DNA of 64,000 nt from Octopus vulgaris (Eukaryota), in NCBI GenBank assembly GCA_951406725.2, contig OX597820.1:29264001-29328000 (forward strand). The letters run 5' to 3'. The translations under genes and the position numbers were made by a program. The notes under the pieces were generated by a model that did not search any database, had not been told where the DNA came from, and saw only the letters and a program-made list of their open reading frames with translations. Positions within the stretch are counted from its first letter, which is position 1, and each line of letters starts with the position of its first letter. Shown one piece after another: positions 24,327 to 36,632 of this stretch.

Positions 24327-24388
24327 ACCCACTGTTCAATATAAGGTTGGATATCCTTGCCAGTTACAGTTGATATTATCCTTAAAAA
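24327..24388 (-). CDS. TAF2: TAF2 exon 14
   Basis: FLRIISTVTGKDIQPYIEQWV; followed by U12-type donor GTATCCTTT. Confidence 0.92.
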
Positions 24389-24584
24389 CTGAAAAAAAAA
24401 TTAAAATGAATTAAAATAAAATAATTTTAAAACGATACACAAACCTGCAACAGAAACAACAAAACAACCTTTTACATTTTTAATTGAAAAAATGAAAAAT
24501 TATCTAAACACTTTGGATTCCAACCTGCCACAGATTGTGTCTGATTCCATGATATAAAGCTGTTTTAAAGTACATTATTTACAT

Positions 24585-24882
24585 TATTTACAATTGATGG
24601 ATATTTGTCCTCATCTTGTTTGTTGTTAACACAATGTTTCGGCTGATATACCCTCCAGCCTTCATCAGGTGTCTTGGGGAAATTTCGAAACTAGGTTCTC
24701 ATTCCTAAGATATTTTTCGATGTTGTTGTTGTTATTATTATTATTATTATTATTCAGGCTACTGCCTAGAATTGAACTCAGAATCTTGGGGTTAGTAGCC
24801 CGCGCTCTTAACCACTATGCGGACAAATATCCGTCAATTGTAAATAATGTACATAATTACTCATCTCTTAAATATAGAACTG
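24585..24882 (-). mobile_element. Penelope-like terminal-repeat fragment with a hammerhead motif
   Basis: Hammerhead core on the minus strand; short inverted duplication of the end; related fragment at 45968-46090. Confidence 0.6.
24629..24672 (-). ncRNA. Minimal type I hammerhead ribozyme motif
   Basis: ACAC-CUGAUGA-A-GGCUG(loop)CAGCC-GAAACAUU-GUGU. Confidence 0.6.
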
Positions 24883-25931
24883 TTTTAAAGTGTTTATATT
24901 TTGATGAAAGGTTTTCAGATCACTTTAAAATTGGAAGTTTGTATTGTCGGACCAAGGGTAGTCTCAAATGGACTGGTATCAAAAGGGATACTATGTTGTC
25001 ATCAAATGGTAGAATATTTTGTGGTGATCTAGTGAATGTACACAGCCTAGTGATTAAGAGGTCAGGTTAATAATTGTAAAGTAATGAGTTCAATTCCTGA
25101 ACTGGGTGCTGTGTTGTGTAATAACATAGTGTAATGACCTGGATAAAAGCAAGCCAACAAATGAGGTCTCAATACAGTCATTTAACTTTCTAGAGATAGC
25201 AGAAAAATATCTCCCCACTCACATCCTAAAATTTAAGGAAAAGCAAAACAAATTATTAGATAATGTAATCTTAGGCATACCCTAAGAAAGGAGAAGCTGG
25301 TCATGGTTGGAATGTTTTGGGTCATAGATCTGTTCCAAGCAAACTGACCTAGGGAAGTGGTTAAACAGCAACTTAGATAAAACAGTTAAGCCTCTACCTG
25401 GTCACCTGCCATGCTATAAATGTTGGCAAATTCCACTCAAGCCTCACTCTATCATGTTAAAGAAGGAATTGACACATTACAAAATGTAGTCCAGAATTAC
25501 TGTATACAAGATGGACTGCTTGGTAAGGTTTGGAAAAGACCTAGAGCTATATTACAACCCTACAGTGGCCACAGTCAATCACTCAGATTAACTCAATGGG
25601 AATCCCAATTTTGCAAGCTGCACAACACCTCACTAATGTTGTCTCAAAAGACTCAGTAGAGTAGCTGCTGTTAGGAAGGACATGCGGTTACAGAAACCCT
25701 GCAAAAGCAGAAATTGGAACACAATGCAGTCCACAGACCTGTTGGATCCTGTCTAACTATCCAATCACTGCCAGCATGGAAGATGGACATTAAAGGATGA
25801 TGATGATGAGGATGATGATGGTAACAGAACTCTGTGCTAATGCAAATATTTTCTTGAATGCAATGCTTCTGTAATGCAGGTGATGCGATACCTGTTGTTG
25901 AAAGTGGAATGAAATTTGTCTTGTAACTTAC

Positions 25932-26024
25932 AGAATTTGTAGACAACAGCACGTTAGACCAGGTATTTGATCCATATTTCTGTTGAGATGCCGTAAATGC
26001 AAGTGCGAGTAATTTGTTAAAAAC
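25932..26024 (-). CDS. TAF2: TAF2 exon 13
   Basis: VFNKLLALAFTASQQKYGSNTWSNVLLSTNS. Confidence 0.93.
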
Positions 26025-26151
26025 CTGCAAAAGAAAAAAAAAAAAGAAAAAGTAAATTAATTAAATAATGAAAGAAAGAAAACAAAATTGAATATTTTTA
26101 ACTTCTTTTCATACCAAACCTGCCAAGACTGTTATTGGTTTTATGATACAA

Positions 26152-26640
26152 TCATCATCATCATCATCATCATCATCATAGTTTAACGTCTGCTTCCCAT
26201 GCTAGCATGGGTTGGACAATTTGACTGAGGACTGGTAAATCAGATGGCTGCACCAGGCACCAATCTGATCTGGCAGAGTTTCTACAGCTGGATGCCTTTC
26301 CTAGCCAACCACTCCGAGAGTGTAGTGGGTGTTTTTACGTGCCACCGGCACACCGGCCAGTCAGGCGGTACTGGCAACAGCCATGCTCAAACGGTGCCTT
26401 TTATGTGCCACCTGCACAGGAGCCAGTCCAGCGGCACTAGCAACAACCTCACTCGAATGTTTTTTCACGTGCTACCAGCACAAGTGCCAGTAAGGCGACG
26501 CAGGTAATGATCACACTCGAATGGTGTTTTTTACGTGCCACCAGCACAGAGGCCAGCTTGTTGCTCTGGCAACGATCACACTCATATGTTACTCTTAGCA
26601 CTCCACAAGCACAGATGTCAGTCATTGAATTTGACTTCGA
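26152..26640 (-). mobile_element. RTE 3'-end fragment, other subfamily
   Basis: (CAT)n, conserved tail and several repeat units. Confidence 0.78.
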
Positions 26641-28812
26641 TCAGACTCATAATTGCTTCAAATTTTGGCACAATGCCAGCAATTTTAGGAGACTATGATA
26701 AGTAAACTAGAGACTTGACTGGTACTCTAGTTTACTGATCACAAAAGGATGAAAGGCAACAATAAGCTTGGTGGGATTTGAGCTCCGAGTGCCAGAAGAA
26801 ATGCTGCTAAGCATTTTGTCAAATATACTATTAGTTCTGCCCATTAACTGCCTTTATCAGCTTAATAATGAGAATTGAAGGTAACAACTATGTACAAGAA
26901 CCAGCATCATGTGTACAGATGTGAAATGTAAACAAATCGATGCGCTGGCTGTAAAATGGTTACTATTCATAGCAGATCTGTTTTTGTATTTTGATCTGGA
27001 GGAAGGGGTTGTAGCAAAGATACTATAGGCCCTCCAAGACTGGTGAGATCCATACTGTTTATGTACCTCTTCAACAACTGCAGGAAAAATATGGAAAAAA
27101 AAAGGGAATTCCAAAGAGCTGACAGTTTGTCAGAACAAATGTGGTCATTGTTATAGTAGAAATAAAGTTCTCTTTGGTAAAGAATTTTTATTCTCGTTTA
27201 TTGTAAACAGGTATTAGACAGGAGTGCTCGACTCGTGAGAATTATCTTCTCCAACACAGGCTCAGGTGTGGTTGTATTGTTAAGAAGTTTGCTCCCCAAC
27301 CACATGGTTTTGAGTTCAGTCCCACACTACAACACTTGGGACAAGTGCCTCCTACTATAGACCAAGGCCAATGAAAGTCTTATGAGAGGAGACAATAACA
27401 CACAAACACACGTATCTACAGTGTCAGTGTTACTTAAAAAGCACCTATGCCGGTGCTGCATAAATGCACCCAAGCTAGTGGCACACAAAAAGCACCCAGC
27501 ACACTCTGTTAAGTGGTTGGCATTGGGAACCATAGAAACCAAACCTCAACAGACAGCCAGAGTCTGGACAGCTCTCTGCTAAGCCAGCCAGCTCCATGCC
27601 AAACTGTCCAACCCATGCCAGCATCGAAAGCAGACATTAAATGATGATGATATATGTGTGTCTGTGTGTATAAAAAGCCCCATCCGAACATGCCAGTGCC
27701 CCCTGACTGGCTCCCATGCCAGTGGCATGTAAAAAGCATTATCCAAACACGTAAAAAGCATTATCTAAACACATAAAAAGCATTATCAATGCTTTGGCTG
27801 CCTGACTGGCTCCTGTGCTGGTGGCACGTAAAAAGCACCCACTACACTACTCTCGAAATAGTTGGCATTAGGAAGGGCATCTATCTAGGAACATTGCCAG
27901 ATCAGATTGGAGCCTGGTGCAGCCACTGGTTTTCCAGACCTGTCAAACCATCCAACCCATGCCAGCATGGAAAACGGACGTTAAACAATGACGATGATGA
28001 TGAGGATACAAATATATATACAACAGACCTATTTTAGTTTCCATCTACTAAATCCATCTACACAAGGTTTTGGTTGAGCTGAGGATATGAGAGAGGACAC
28101 ATGCCATGCAGTGGGACTGAACCCCAAACCATGTAGTCACAAAGAAAAGTTCTTACCACCCACACATGTCAGCACCTTCATCATCATCATCATCATCGTT
28201 TAGCGTCCACTTTCCATGCTGGCATGGGTTGGACGGTGCAACTGGGGTCTGGGAAGCCAGAAGGCTGCACCAAGCCCAGTCTGATCTGGCAATGTTTCTA
28301 CGGCTGGATGCCCTTCCTAACACCAGGGTTATTAGTTATAGTACCAGTGAACTGTGCCTGTCTATGGTTTTTATTTACAACCACAGTACTGAAGTACTGA
28401 AGAATGCCCTCAGGAAGCTGAACCTTTCAGACGAGATGACAAAGGACCGAGATACCTGGTGCCTGGCCATACTCAAGAAGACCCGTACCCTGCATCAGAA
28501 GTGTTATGACCGATCCTTCTGGTTGTCTAAAGCACCTATGGTGGTGCCACATAAAAACACTCATGTAGTGTCATGTGAAAACACCCAGTACAATCTGTAA
28601 AGTGGTTGGCATTAGGAAGGGCATTCAGCTATAGAAACCATGCCATATCAGACTGGAATCTGGTGCAGCATTCCAAACTGCAGGATTCAGCTCTGGTCAC
28701 ACTGTCCAACCCATTCCAGCATGAACAAGAGACATTAAATGATGATGGTGAGCCATATAGCTGGAATATTTTGACTTCGCTACATATAGAGCCCAGTTCT
28801 AGTGATGGCACA

Positions 28813-30051
28813 TCTTTATATATAAAAGTGAAGTTGTGTGTCTGTCTCCTACAATTTAGATTCCTAACTAGACGTTTGCGCTGGTATGGTCATGTGGCGA
28901 GAATGGATGAAGATAGTTGTGTGAAAAAGTGCCACGCCCTAGCGGTTGAGGGAACCTGTGGAAGAGGCAGACCCAGGAAAACCTGGGACGAGGTGGTGAA
29001 GCACGACCTTCGAACTTTAGGTCTCACTGAGGAAATGACTAGAGACCGAGACCTCTGGAAGTGTGCTGTGCGCGAGAAGACCCGGCAGGACAAGTGAGTC
29101 CACAACCCGTGGCCTTCTACATGGGATGGAGCCAGCCTACGTATGCATACCTTCCCTTCTTGGGACACAAAACTCTACTTGTGAAGACGTGTTGAGGCAA
29201 GTGAGGATCAGAATCGAAATCGATCAATGGAAATTGCGGATGTGCTACCAGTGCCGGTGGCATGTCGAAACTCTGCTTGTGAAGACCCATTGAGGCAAGT
29301 GAGGATCAGAATCGAAATCGATCAATGGAAATCGATCAATGGAAATTGCAGATGTGTTACCAGTGCCGGTGGCATGTAAGAGAACTTTCCGTTTCGCGAC
29401 CGTTGCCAGCACCGCCCCGTTTCGTGTCCGTTGCCAGCCTCGCCTGGCCCTCGTGCCGGTGGCACATAAAAAGCACCATCCGTTCGTGGCCGTTTGCCAG
29501 CTCTGTCTGGCACCAGTGCGGGTGGCACGTAAAAAGCACCCACTACACTCACGGAGTGGTTGGCGTTAGGAAGGGCATCCAGCCGTAGAAACACTGCCAG
29601 ATTTGACTGGGCCTGATGAAGCCTTCTGGCTTCACAGACCCCAGCAGAACCGTCCAACCCATGCTAGCATGGAAAACGGACGCTAAATGATGATGATGAT
29701 GATGATGAACTACTCCAACATTTTGCGGTGCAGTTTAACCAAAACCGGGTATCTTATAGTCGTGATTCATATCGAGCCCTTCTGGGTATTAGCGCGCGTC
29801 TACGATGAGTCTACGATTTAAAAAAAAATTTACCATCATTTTTTCCATTTTAATGCATTTTTTCGCTATTATATAAGGGAAGTAACTCTCTAAAAATGTC
29901 TACGATGAGTCAACGATTTTAAAAAAAATTTACCATCATTTTTCTTCAATTTTTAATGCATTTTTTTGCTATTTTTTGGCTATAACTCTCTAAAAATGCT
30001 TATATAGTTATTTCCCTTACAAACCTGAGCAACGCCGGGCAATACTGCTAG
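28813..30051 (+). mobile_element. Non-autonomous Helitron-like element interrupted by an RTE copy
   Basis: A|TC 5' end (TCTTTATATATAAA), 3' subterminal hairpin-like CCTGAGCAACGCCGGG, CTAG|T end. Confidence 0.72.
28870..29707 (+). mobile_element. 5'-truncated RTE LINE copy nested in a Helitron-like element
   Basis: Nearly identical to 1384-2210; flanked by a short AACTA duplication. Confidence 0.92.
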
Positions 30052-30227
30052 TTATTCATAAATCCTTTACTCTGAAGGGAGACCCAATGGCCACAAAGGT
30101 AAAGTGCCTCATGCATTGTTTGAAAATATAAAATACAAACAAAAAAAAAAGCAAACAATAAAGCAAAAGAAAAAAACGAGAAAAAATACGCAAATAAAAA
30201 GGTAACAAAATAATGGTATTTCTTTAC

Positions 30228-30428
30228 CTGAAGCAATAATTCGTAACCAATTCTAATTTCCAAGATTCTAATCACTAAATGAGCTTTTTTAAAGAATACA
30301 TCTGCATATTTAGGGGATACAAGGTGAGAATTTTTCACTGAAAAATGTAAAGTACTTGGTTCTTTTAAAGCAGAAGGATCTAAAACAATGGCACAAGTCT
30401 TCTCATAGTCTGCAACTTCTTTCATTTC
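30228..30428 (-). CDS. TAF2: TAF2 exon 12
   Basis: EMKEVADYEK...LHFSVKNSH...KAHLVIRILEIRIGYELLLQ. Confidence 0.93.
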
Positions 30429-30988
30429 CTACAATGATAAATTAAGAAAGTAGCGAATCAACAAAGGCAAAATATAAAAATAAACATCATTTATGTTCTG
30501 ATATATAACAATACTTTTAATCGATGGTGTATATTCTTTCTTTTATTCCTTTACCTGTTTCAGTCATTTGACTGCGGTCACACTGGAGCACCACTTTACA
30601 ATGTTTTTGTTTTTTTTGAATTGAAGAAATCAATCCCAGGACTTACTCTTTGTAAGCCTAGTACTTAGTCTGTCGGTCACTTTTGCTGAAACACTAAGTT
30701 GCAAGGATGTAAACTTACCAACACCGGTTGTCAATGGTGGAGGGACAAACACAGACACAAAGACACACTTACATAAATATACAAACACACACACACACAT
30801 AATGACAAGCTTCTTTTCAGTTTCCATCTACCAAATCTACTCACAAGGATTTGGTTGGCCCGAGGCTATAGTAGAAGACACTTGCCCAAGATTCTATGCA
30901 GTGAGACTGATCCTGGAACCATGTGATTAGGAAGCAAACCTCTTACCACACAACCATGCCTGTGCTTATCCCCACAGCCATGCCTGCA

Positions 30989-31026
<38 letters not shown>

Positions 31027-31032
<6 letters not shown>

Positions 31033-32173
31033 TAAGCTCGCGAGAAATGAAGCTAGTATGCTCCGTTGGATGTGTAATGTCAGTGTTCATAGTCGACAGA
31101 GTGTAAGTACCTTGAGAGAAAAGTTGGACCTAAGAGGAATCAGATGTTGTGTGCAAGAGAGACGATTGCGCTGGTATGGTCATGTGGTGAGAATGGATGA
31201 AGATAGGTGTGTGAAAAAGTGCCACACCCTGGCAGTTGAGGGGACCTGTGGAAGAGGTAGACCCAGGAAAACCTGGGTCGAGGTGGTGAAGCACGACCTT
31301 CAAACTCTAGGTCTCACCAAGGAAATGACCAGAGACCGAGACCTATGGAAGTATGCTGTGCGTGAGAAGACCCGGCAAGACCAGTGAGAACAATCAAAAT
31401 CAAATCATATATCAGAAAGCAGGGGTTAAGTGACCCATCCGTTCGTGTCCGCTGTCAGCCTCGTCTGACACCCGTGCCGGTGATACGTAAAAGCACCATT
31501 CGCTCATGGCCGTTTGCCAGCTCTGCCTGGCCCCGTGTCGGTGGCACGTAAAAGCACCATCCGTTCGTGTTCGTTGCCAGCCTCGCCTGGCCCCGTGCCG
31601 GTGACACGTAAAAGCACCGTCCGTGGCCGTTTGCCAGCTCTGTCTGGCCCCGTGTCGGTGGCACGTAAAAGCACCATCCGTTCGTGGCCGTTAAAAGCAC
31701 CATCCGTTCGTGGCCGTTTGCCAGCTCTGTCTGGCCCCGTGTCGGTGGCACGGAAAAGCACCATCCGTCCATGTCCTTTGCCAGCCTCGGCTGGCCCCCG
31801 TGCCGGTGACACGTAAAAGCACCGTCCGTTCGTGGCCAGTTGCCAGCTCTGTCTGGCCCCGTGTCGGTGGCACGTAAAAGCACCATCCGTTCGTGTCCGT
31901 TGCCAGCATCGCCTGGCCCCGTGCCGGTGACACGTAAAAGCACCATCCGTTTGTGGCCGTTCGCCAGCTCTGTCTGGCACCTGTGCAGGTGGCACATAAA
32001 AAACACCCACTACACTCGCGGAGTGGTTGGCGTTAGGAAGGGCATCCAGCCGTAGAAACACTGCCAGATCTGACTGGGCCTGACGAAGCCTTCCAGCTTC
32101 ACAGACCCCAGTTGACCCGTCCAACCCATGCTAGCATGGAAAGCGGACGCTAAACGATGATGATGATGATGAT
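31027..32173 (+). mobile_element. 5'-truncated RTE LINE, related subfamily, with an expanded tandem-repeat 3'UTR
   Basis: Encodes MRKLARNEASMLRWMC...REKTRQDQ; about nine ~60-bp units at 31435-32010; (GAT)n tail; inserted in (TA)n. Confidence 0.9.
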
Positions 32174-32189
32174 TATATATATATATATT

Positions 32190-32420
32190 CCTTCCGGTCT
32201 TTCAAAATGTGACCTCGTGTGTACTGTTGGCGATTTTTTTTCCTCTGTCTTCCCTTCTCTGGATCTTTCCTTCTCCTATGTTTCCGATGAAGAGCTCTGC
32301 TCGAAACATTAAACCCTCCTTCTTTCCTGAGCGTCCAATAATACTATATTTGTTCCACGTCCTCGCGTTGTTGTGTTTTTTGTGCTTTCTTGTTTGGAAT
32401 AATTATATATATATATATAT
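32190..32420 (+). mobile_element. Penelope-like terminal-repeat fragment; reverse copy at about 37855-38025
   Basis: Two dispersed copies, each carrying a hammerhead-like motif. Confidence 0.55.
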
Positions 32421-32421
32421 A

Positions 32422-32658
32422 CTATTGTGTCTGGGGAGAGTCATTTTCTTTTTGTGCCTTATTATGTAACACACTCACTGGTAAAATTTCCACATTTTTC
32501 TTATTTTTATTGTCCTAAAATTTTCAAACTATTGAAAAGGTTACAAGACGCAACGAAAATTTTAGGACAATAAAAATAAGAAAAACGTGAAAATTTTACC
32601 GGTGAATGTGTTACATAATAAGGCACAAAAAGAAAATTACTCTCCCCAGACACAATAG
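32422..32658. repeat. Inverted repeat with ~100-bp arms, probably an inverted Penelope-like terminus
   Basis: CTATTGTGTCTGGGGAGAG... / ...CTCTCCCCAGACACAATAG. Confidence 0.8.
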
Positions 32659-33319
32659 AATATGCTTCAACACACGAACTCATATAAAGAATCTTGCAAA
32701 CCAAATCCAAAAACGAAATATATATATTTTAAAAAGTGTAAACCAGTTAAGAATAACTCTTTTGTTACCTTATTTCTATTAAAATATACTGCTGAGAGGC
32801 AGGAGTATGATAGAGGGGTAGGAAAAGGTGTCTTGCTGTAGAGGAAAATATGTGACTTCCTCAGCTAGAAAAAGGGAGATGTTAGGGAAGAAGTGTCAGG
32901 GCATACCCTCAAGGTACAAGAGGGAGAATGCAAGTGAGAGAGTGACAGAGGAACAAGTGAGTGGGAATTGGGTCAGGGGATCAAGTAAGTACATAAGAGT
33001 GTGATATGAGCAGAAGTGGTTGTGTTGATAAGTTGTTTGGTATGCTCTACTTCTTTCTTTCTTTGTTATGCTTTTATGGATGAGATAGATTTTTACAAAT
33101 TTGGATTTAAGCATTTTTGTTTTCAAAGCAACCAAGCAAATGATTTTACACCTGGATGCTTTCATCTCTTTCCAGTAATTAATTGCTCAACTATGAAATA
33201 TAACCATACAATTTGTTGTCAACCACGTAAGCTGTTTTAATGCCTCGACCTAGAGTAGAACTATACAGAAAAAAAAATAGCTAGAGTACTGTATTTTACA
33301 GGCTGTACAGTTCGCAGTG

Positions 33320-33635
33320 AAGACACATGACTCAGTAGTTAGAGCGTCAGACTCACAATCATGAGGCAGTGAGTTCAATTCGCAGACTGGGCTGTATGTT
33401 GTTTTCTTAAGCAAGATATTTTATTTCATGTTGCTCCAGTTCACTCAGCTGTAGAAATGCCAAGCTGTATCAACCCTTGTTTTTCCCTCAGATAACATTG
33501 GTGGCATGGAGAGGAGAGCTGGTACGCATGAGTGACTGCTGGTCTTCCATAAACAACCTTGCCCAGACTTGTGCCTCAGAGGGGAACTTTCTAGGTACAA
33601 ACCCATGGTCATTCATGTGTGAAGGTGGTCTTTAT
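33320..33635 (+). mobile_element. tRNA-derived SINE family D
   Basis: tRNA-like head TGACTCAGTAGTTAGAGC...GAGTTCAATTC; body is shared with 2210-2435. Confidence 0.65.
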
Positions 33636-33822
33636 GTTTTACCCTTTACAGTTCATAAACTTATAAGGCACACCACAATTTTGGCAGGCCCATCCTCAAA
33701 CCACCACTTGCCAATAACCTAAACCCAAAATCCTTTGTCACCTAAAAACATATACAATTCACCCAACAGGTTACCATATCGAGGTTTTTCTTCTTAATTT
33801 TCTTTTTTTGTAATTTGCTTAC

Positions 33823-33922
33823 CTTTGAGATAAAATAGCGATATTCATTGTTTCCAAAGGATCTTTTAACAAACAGTCCAGTTAAATAACCTGCTATACC
33901 TTTGGTGAGCCAAGCATCAGTC
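33823..33922 (-). CDS. TAF2: TAF2 exon 11
   Basis: [33 protein letters not shown]. Confidence 0.93.
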
Positions 33923-34109
33923 CTGCCAATAAAAGAAAAGACCATTTAAAGACCTATCATCATCATTGTTTTAATGTCCACTTTTCCATGCTAGCATGGG
34001 TTGGACAGAGTTTGAGAAAGATTTTCTACAACCAGATACCTTTTCTTGCTGCTAATCCTTACTTGTTTTCAAGCAAAGTAATATCACCAAATGGCTACAC
34101 ATATTTTCA

Positions 34110-34735
34110 CAGAACGTAGGGTGACCTGCTGTGCTTGAGGAGACCTGTTGAGTCAAGTACATCAACATCAAAATAAAAATCATATGGATATTGTAGTTGT
34201 GATACCCATGCCAGCGGCACGTTGGGCCTCACAATCGAAATGATGAAAGACCGAGACCTCTGAGATATGCTGTGACTGCGAAGACCCAACAAATGAAGGA
34301 TGGCCTGCTGTGCTAATCTTGGATTGTAGGGTGACCCGCTGTGCTTGAGGAGACCTATTGAGGCAAGTACGTCAACACCAACATCAAAATAAAAATCAAA
34401 TAGAAATTGTAGTTAAGATACCCATGCCAGTGGCACATAAAAAGCACCATCCAAACGTGACTGATGCCAGTGCCGCCTGACTAGCGTCCGTGTCAGTGAC
34501 ACGTAAAAAGCACCAACCGATCGTGGCAGTTTGCCTGCCTCCTCTGGCCCCTGTGCTGGTGGCATGTAAAAAGCACCCACTATACTCATGGAGTGGTTGG
34601 CATTAGGAAGGGCATCCAGCTGTAGAAACACAGATCAGACTGGAGTCTGGTGCAGCCTCCTGGCTTCCCAGACCCCAGTCAAACTGTCCAACCCATGCTA
34701 GCATGGAAAACAGATGTTAAACGATGATGATGATG
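34110..34735 (+). mobile_element. RTE 3'-end fragment(s)
   Basis: Remnant of the ORF end (gaccgagacctc) plus 3'UTR and (GAT)n. Confidence 0.78.
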
Positions 34736-35624
34736 AATACTGGAAATCAATACCATTCATTTACAACAAATATGTGATGTCAATGAATGTCACTGATTCC
34801 CAGTATTCTTCAAAAACATGCGTTCCTCTACAGCAAGACACCTGTTTCTACCTCTCTGTCTCTCTGTCACATTCTAACCTTTCATCATCTGACACAAGAT
34901 CACCTCCTCTAATGTCCCCTCTCCTCTCAATGGTAGCCCTGCCAGTGCTGGTGCCACATAAAAAGCACAGTCCACTCTGTTGTGTGGTTAGTGTGAGGAA
35001 GGGCATCCATGCCAGAACAGATACAGAAGTCTGGTGCAGTCCTCTACTTGGCCAGCTCCTGTTAAACTGTCCAACCCATGCCAACATGGAAAGCAGATGT
35101 TAAATGATGATGATTATGATGATATATATGATGGGCTTCTTTCAGTTTCCATCTCACAAATCCACTCAAGGTTTTGTTGGTCCAAGGCTATAGTAGACAA
35201 CAACTTGCCCAAGGTGTCACTCAGTAGAACCAGACCCAAAACCATGTGATTGGGAAATAAATTTCTCAACTACACAGCCACACTTGCACCCATTATTCAT
35301 ATTTTGTTATTTGTTTTCTAAATGGTTTTACATGTCGGCAGATGATTCTGCGATATGATTATACCAAATGAACAGCTCTTTCTACAAGGAAAATGGGGAA
35401 AAGCATTTTGGGTTTTTTTTTTTCAGAGGGATAGAAGTACCTGTGACCTTTCTACAGAGTTCCCAAGTCTGGGAGAAAATGGGAAAGCTCTTAATATAAT
35501 CATACCAAAGACCCAGTTCAAATACTCACAACAGAGAGAACTCCATTAAAAGCACACAAGCCTGGATGGTGCTGAGAAACCAGGTAGCAATTAGAATAGA
35601 CATGTAAAGGCAAGTATCTTGTTT

Positions 35625-36097
35625 AAGGGAAATCAAAATCTAATTCAATGACTGGCATCCGTGCTAGTGGAGCACTAAGAGCACCATCTGAGCGTGATCA
35701 TTGCCAGAGCAGCTAACTGGCTTCCGTACCGGTGGCACATAAAAAGCACCATTCGAACATAATCATTACCAGTGTCGCCTTACTGGCACGTGAAAAAAAC
35801 CATTCGAGCGAAGTCGCTGCCAGTGCCACTGGACTGGCTCCTATGCAGGTGGCACGTAAAAACACCATTTGAGCATGGCCGTTGCCAGTACTGCCCGACT
35901 GGCTCTCATGCTGGTGGCACGTAAAAGCACCCACTACACTCTTGGAGTTGTTGGCGTTAGGAAAGGCATCCAGCTGTAGAAATTCTGCCAGATCAGATTG
36001 GAGCCTGGTGCAGCCATCTGGTTCGCCAGACCTCAGTCAAATCGTCCAACCCATGCTAGGGTGGAAAGCGGACGTTAAACGATGATGATGATGATGA
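35625..36097 (+). mobile_element. RTE 3'-end fragment
   Basis: Repeat units, conserved tail and (GAT)n. Confidence 0.8.
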
Positions 36098-36518
36098 GTT
36101 CAATAGCTTCTATTAAGAATGCATGTGTGTGTATGTGCATAAATGTGTGTATGTGCATAAGTGTGTGTATGTGTGTAAATAAAGAGAAAAAGATAAATGA
36201 TTTGTTTCAAATTTTGCCGGTGCTCTACTGATATTTATTTTACCGACCCCGAATGTATGAAAGGCGAAGTTGACCGTAGCAGAATTTGAACTGAGAGCGT
36301 AAAGACAGACAAAATAGGATTAAGCATCTTGCCCTGCAAAGATTGTGCAGCTCACTAGCTTAAGTGAAAGGGATTAATTATGAAAACAACTAAAATAAGC
36401 AGGTTATTTCAAAATATAAAAAAATAAAAAATAAAATAAAAACGGTAGTGGGGAAGAAATTCAATGTGAAGAAACAAGGGCAGAACCAGCAGAAATGGAA
36501 ATAAAAATTCCTACTTAC

Positions 36519-36632
36519 CATGAGTGCATTGTTATGAAGTTACCAAAGAACTGTTGTGCCACAGCAAATGCCATGAGGTGACGAGATATCAGAGTTTGGT
36601 CAATGACACGAGTGGAATGGAGAAGTGACGTA
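36519..36632 (-). CDS. TAF2: TAF2 exon 10
   Basis: TSLLHSTRVIDQTLISRHLMAFAVAQQFFGNFITMHSW. Confidence 0.93.

Noticed and set aside
28606-29097. 163-aa ORF as a gene
   Set aside because: Chance read-through across a repeat tail, a Helitron-like 5' end and an RTE fragment
31435-32010. CRISPR-like repeat/spacer periodicity
   Set aside because: The intervening segments are near-copies of each other, the array is part of a LINE 3'UTR in a eukaryotic intron, and there are no cas genes
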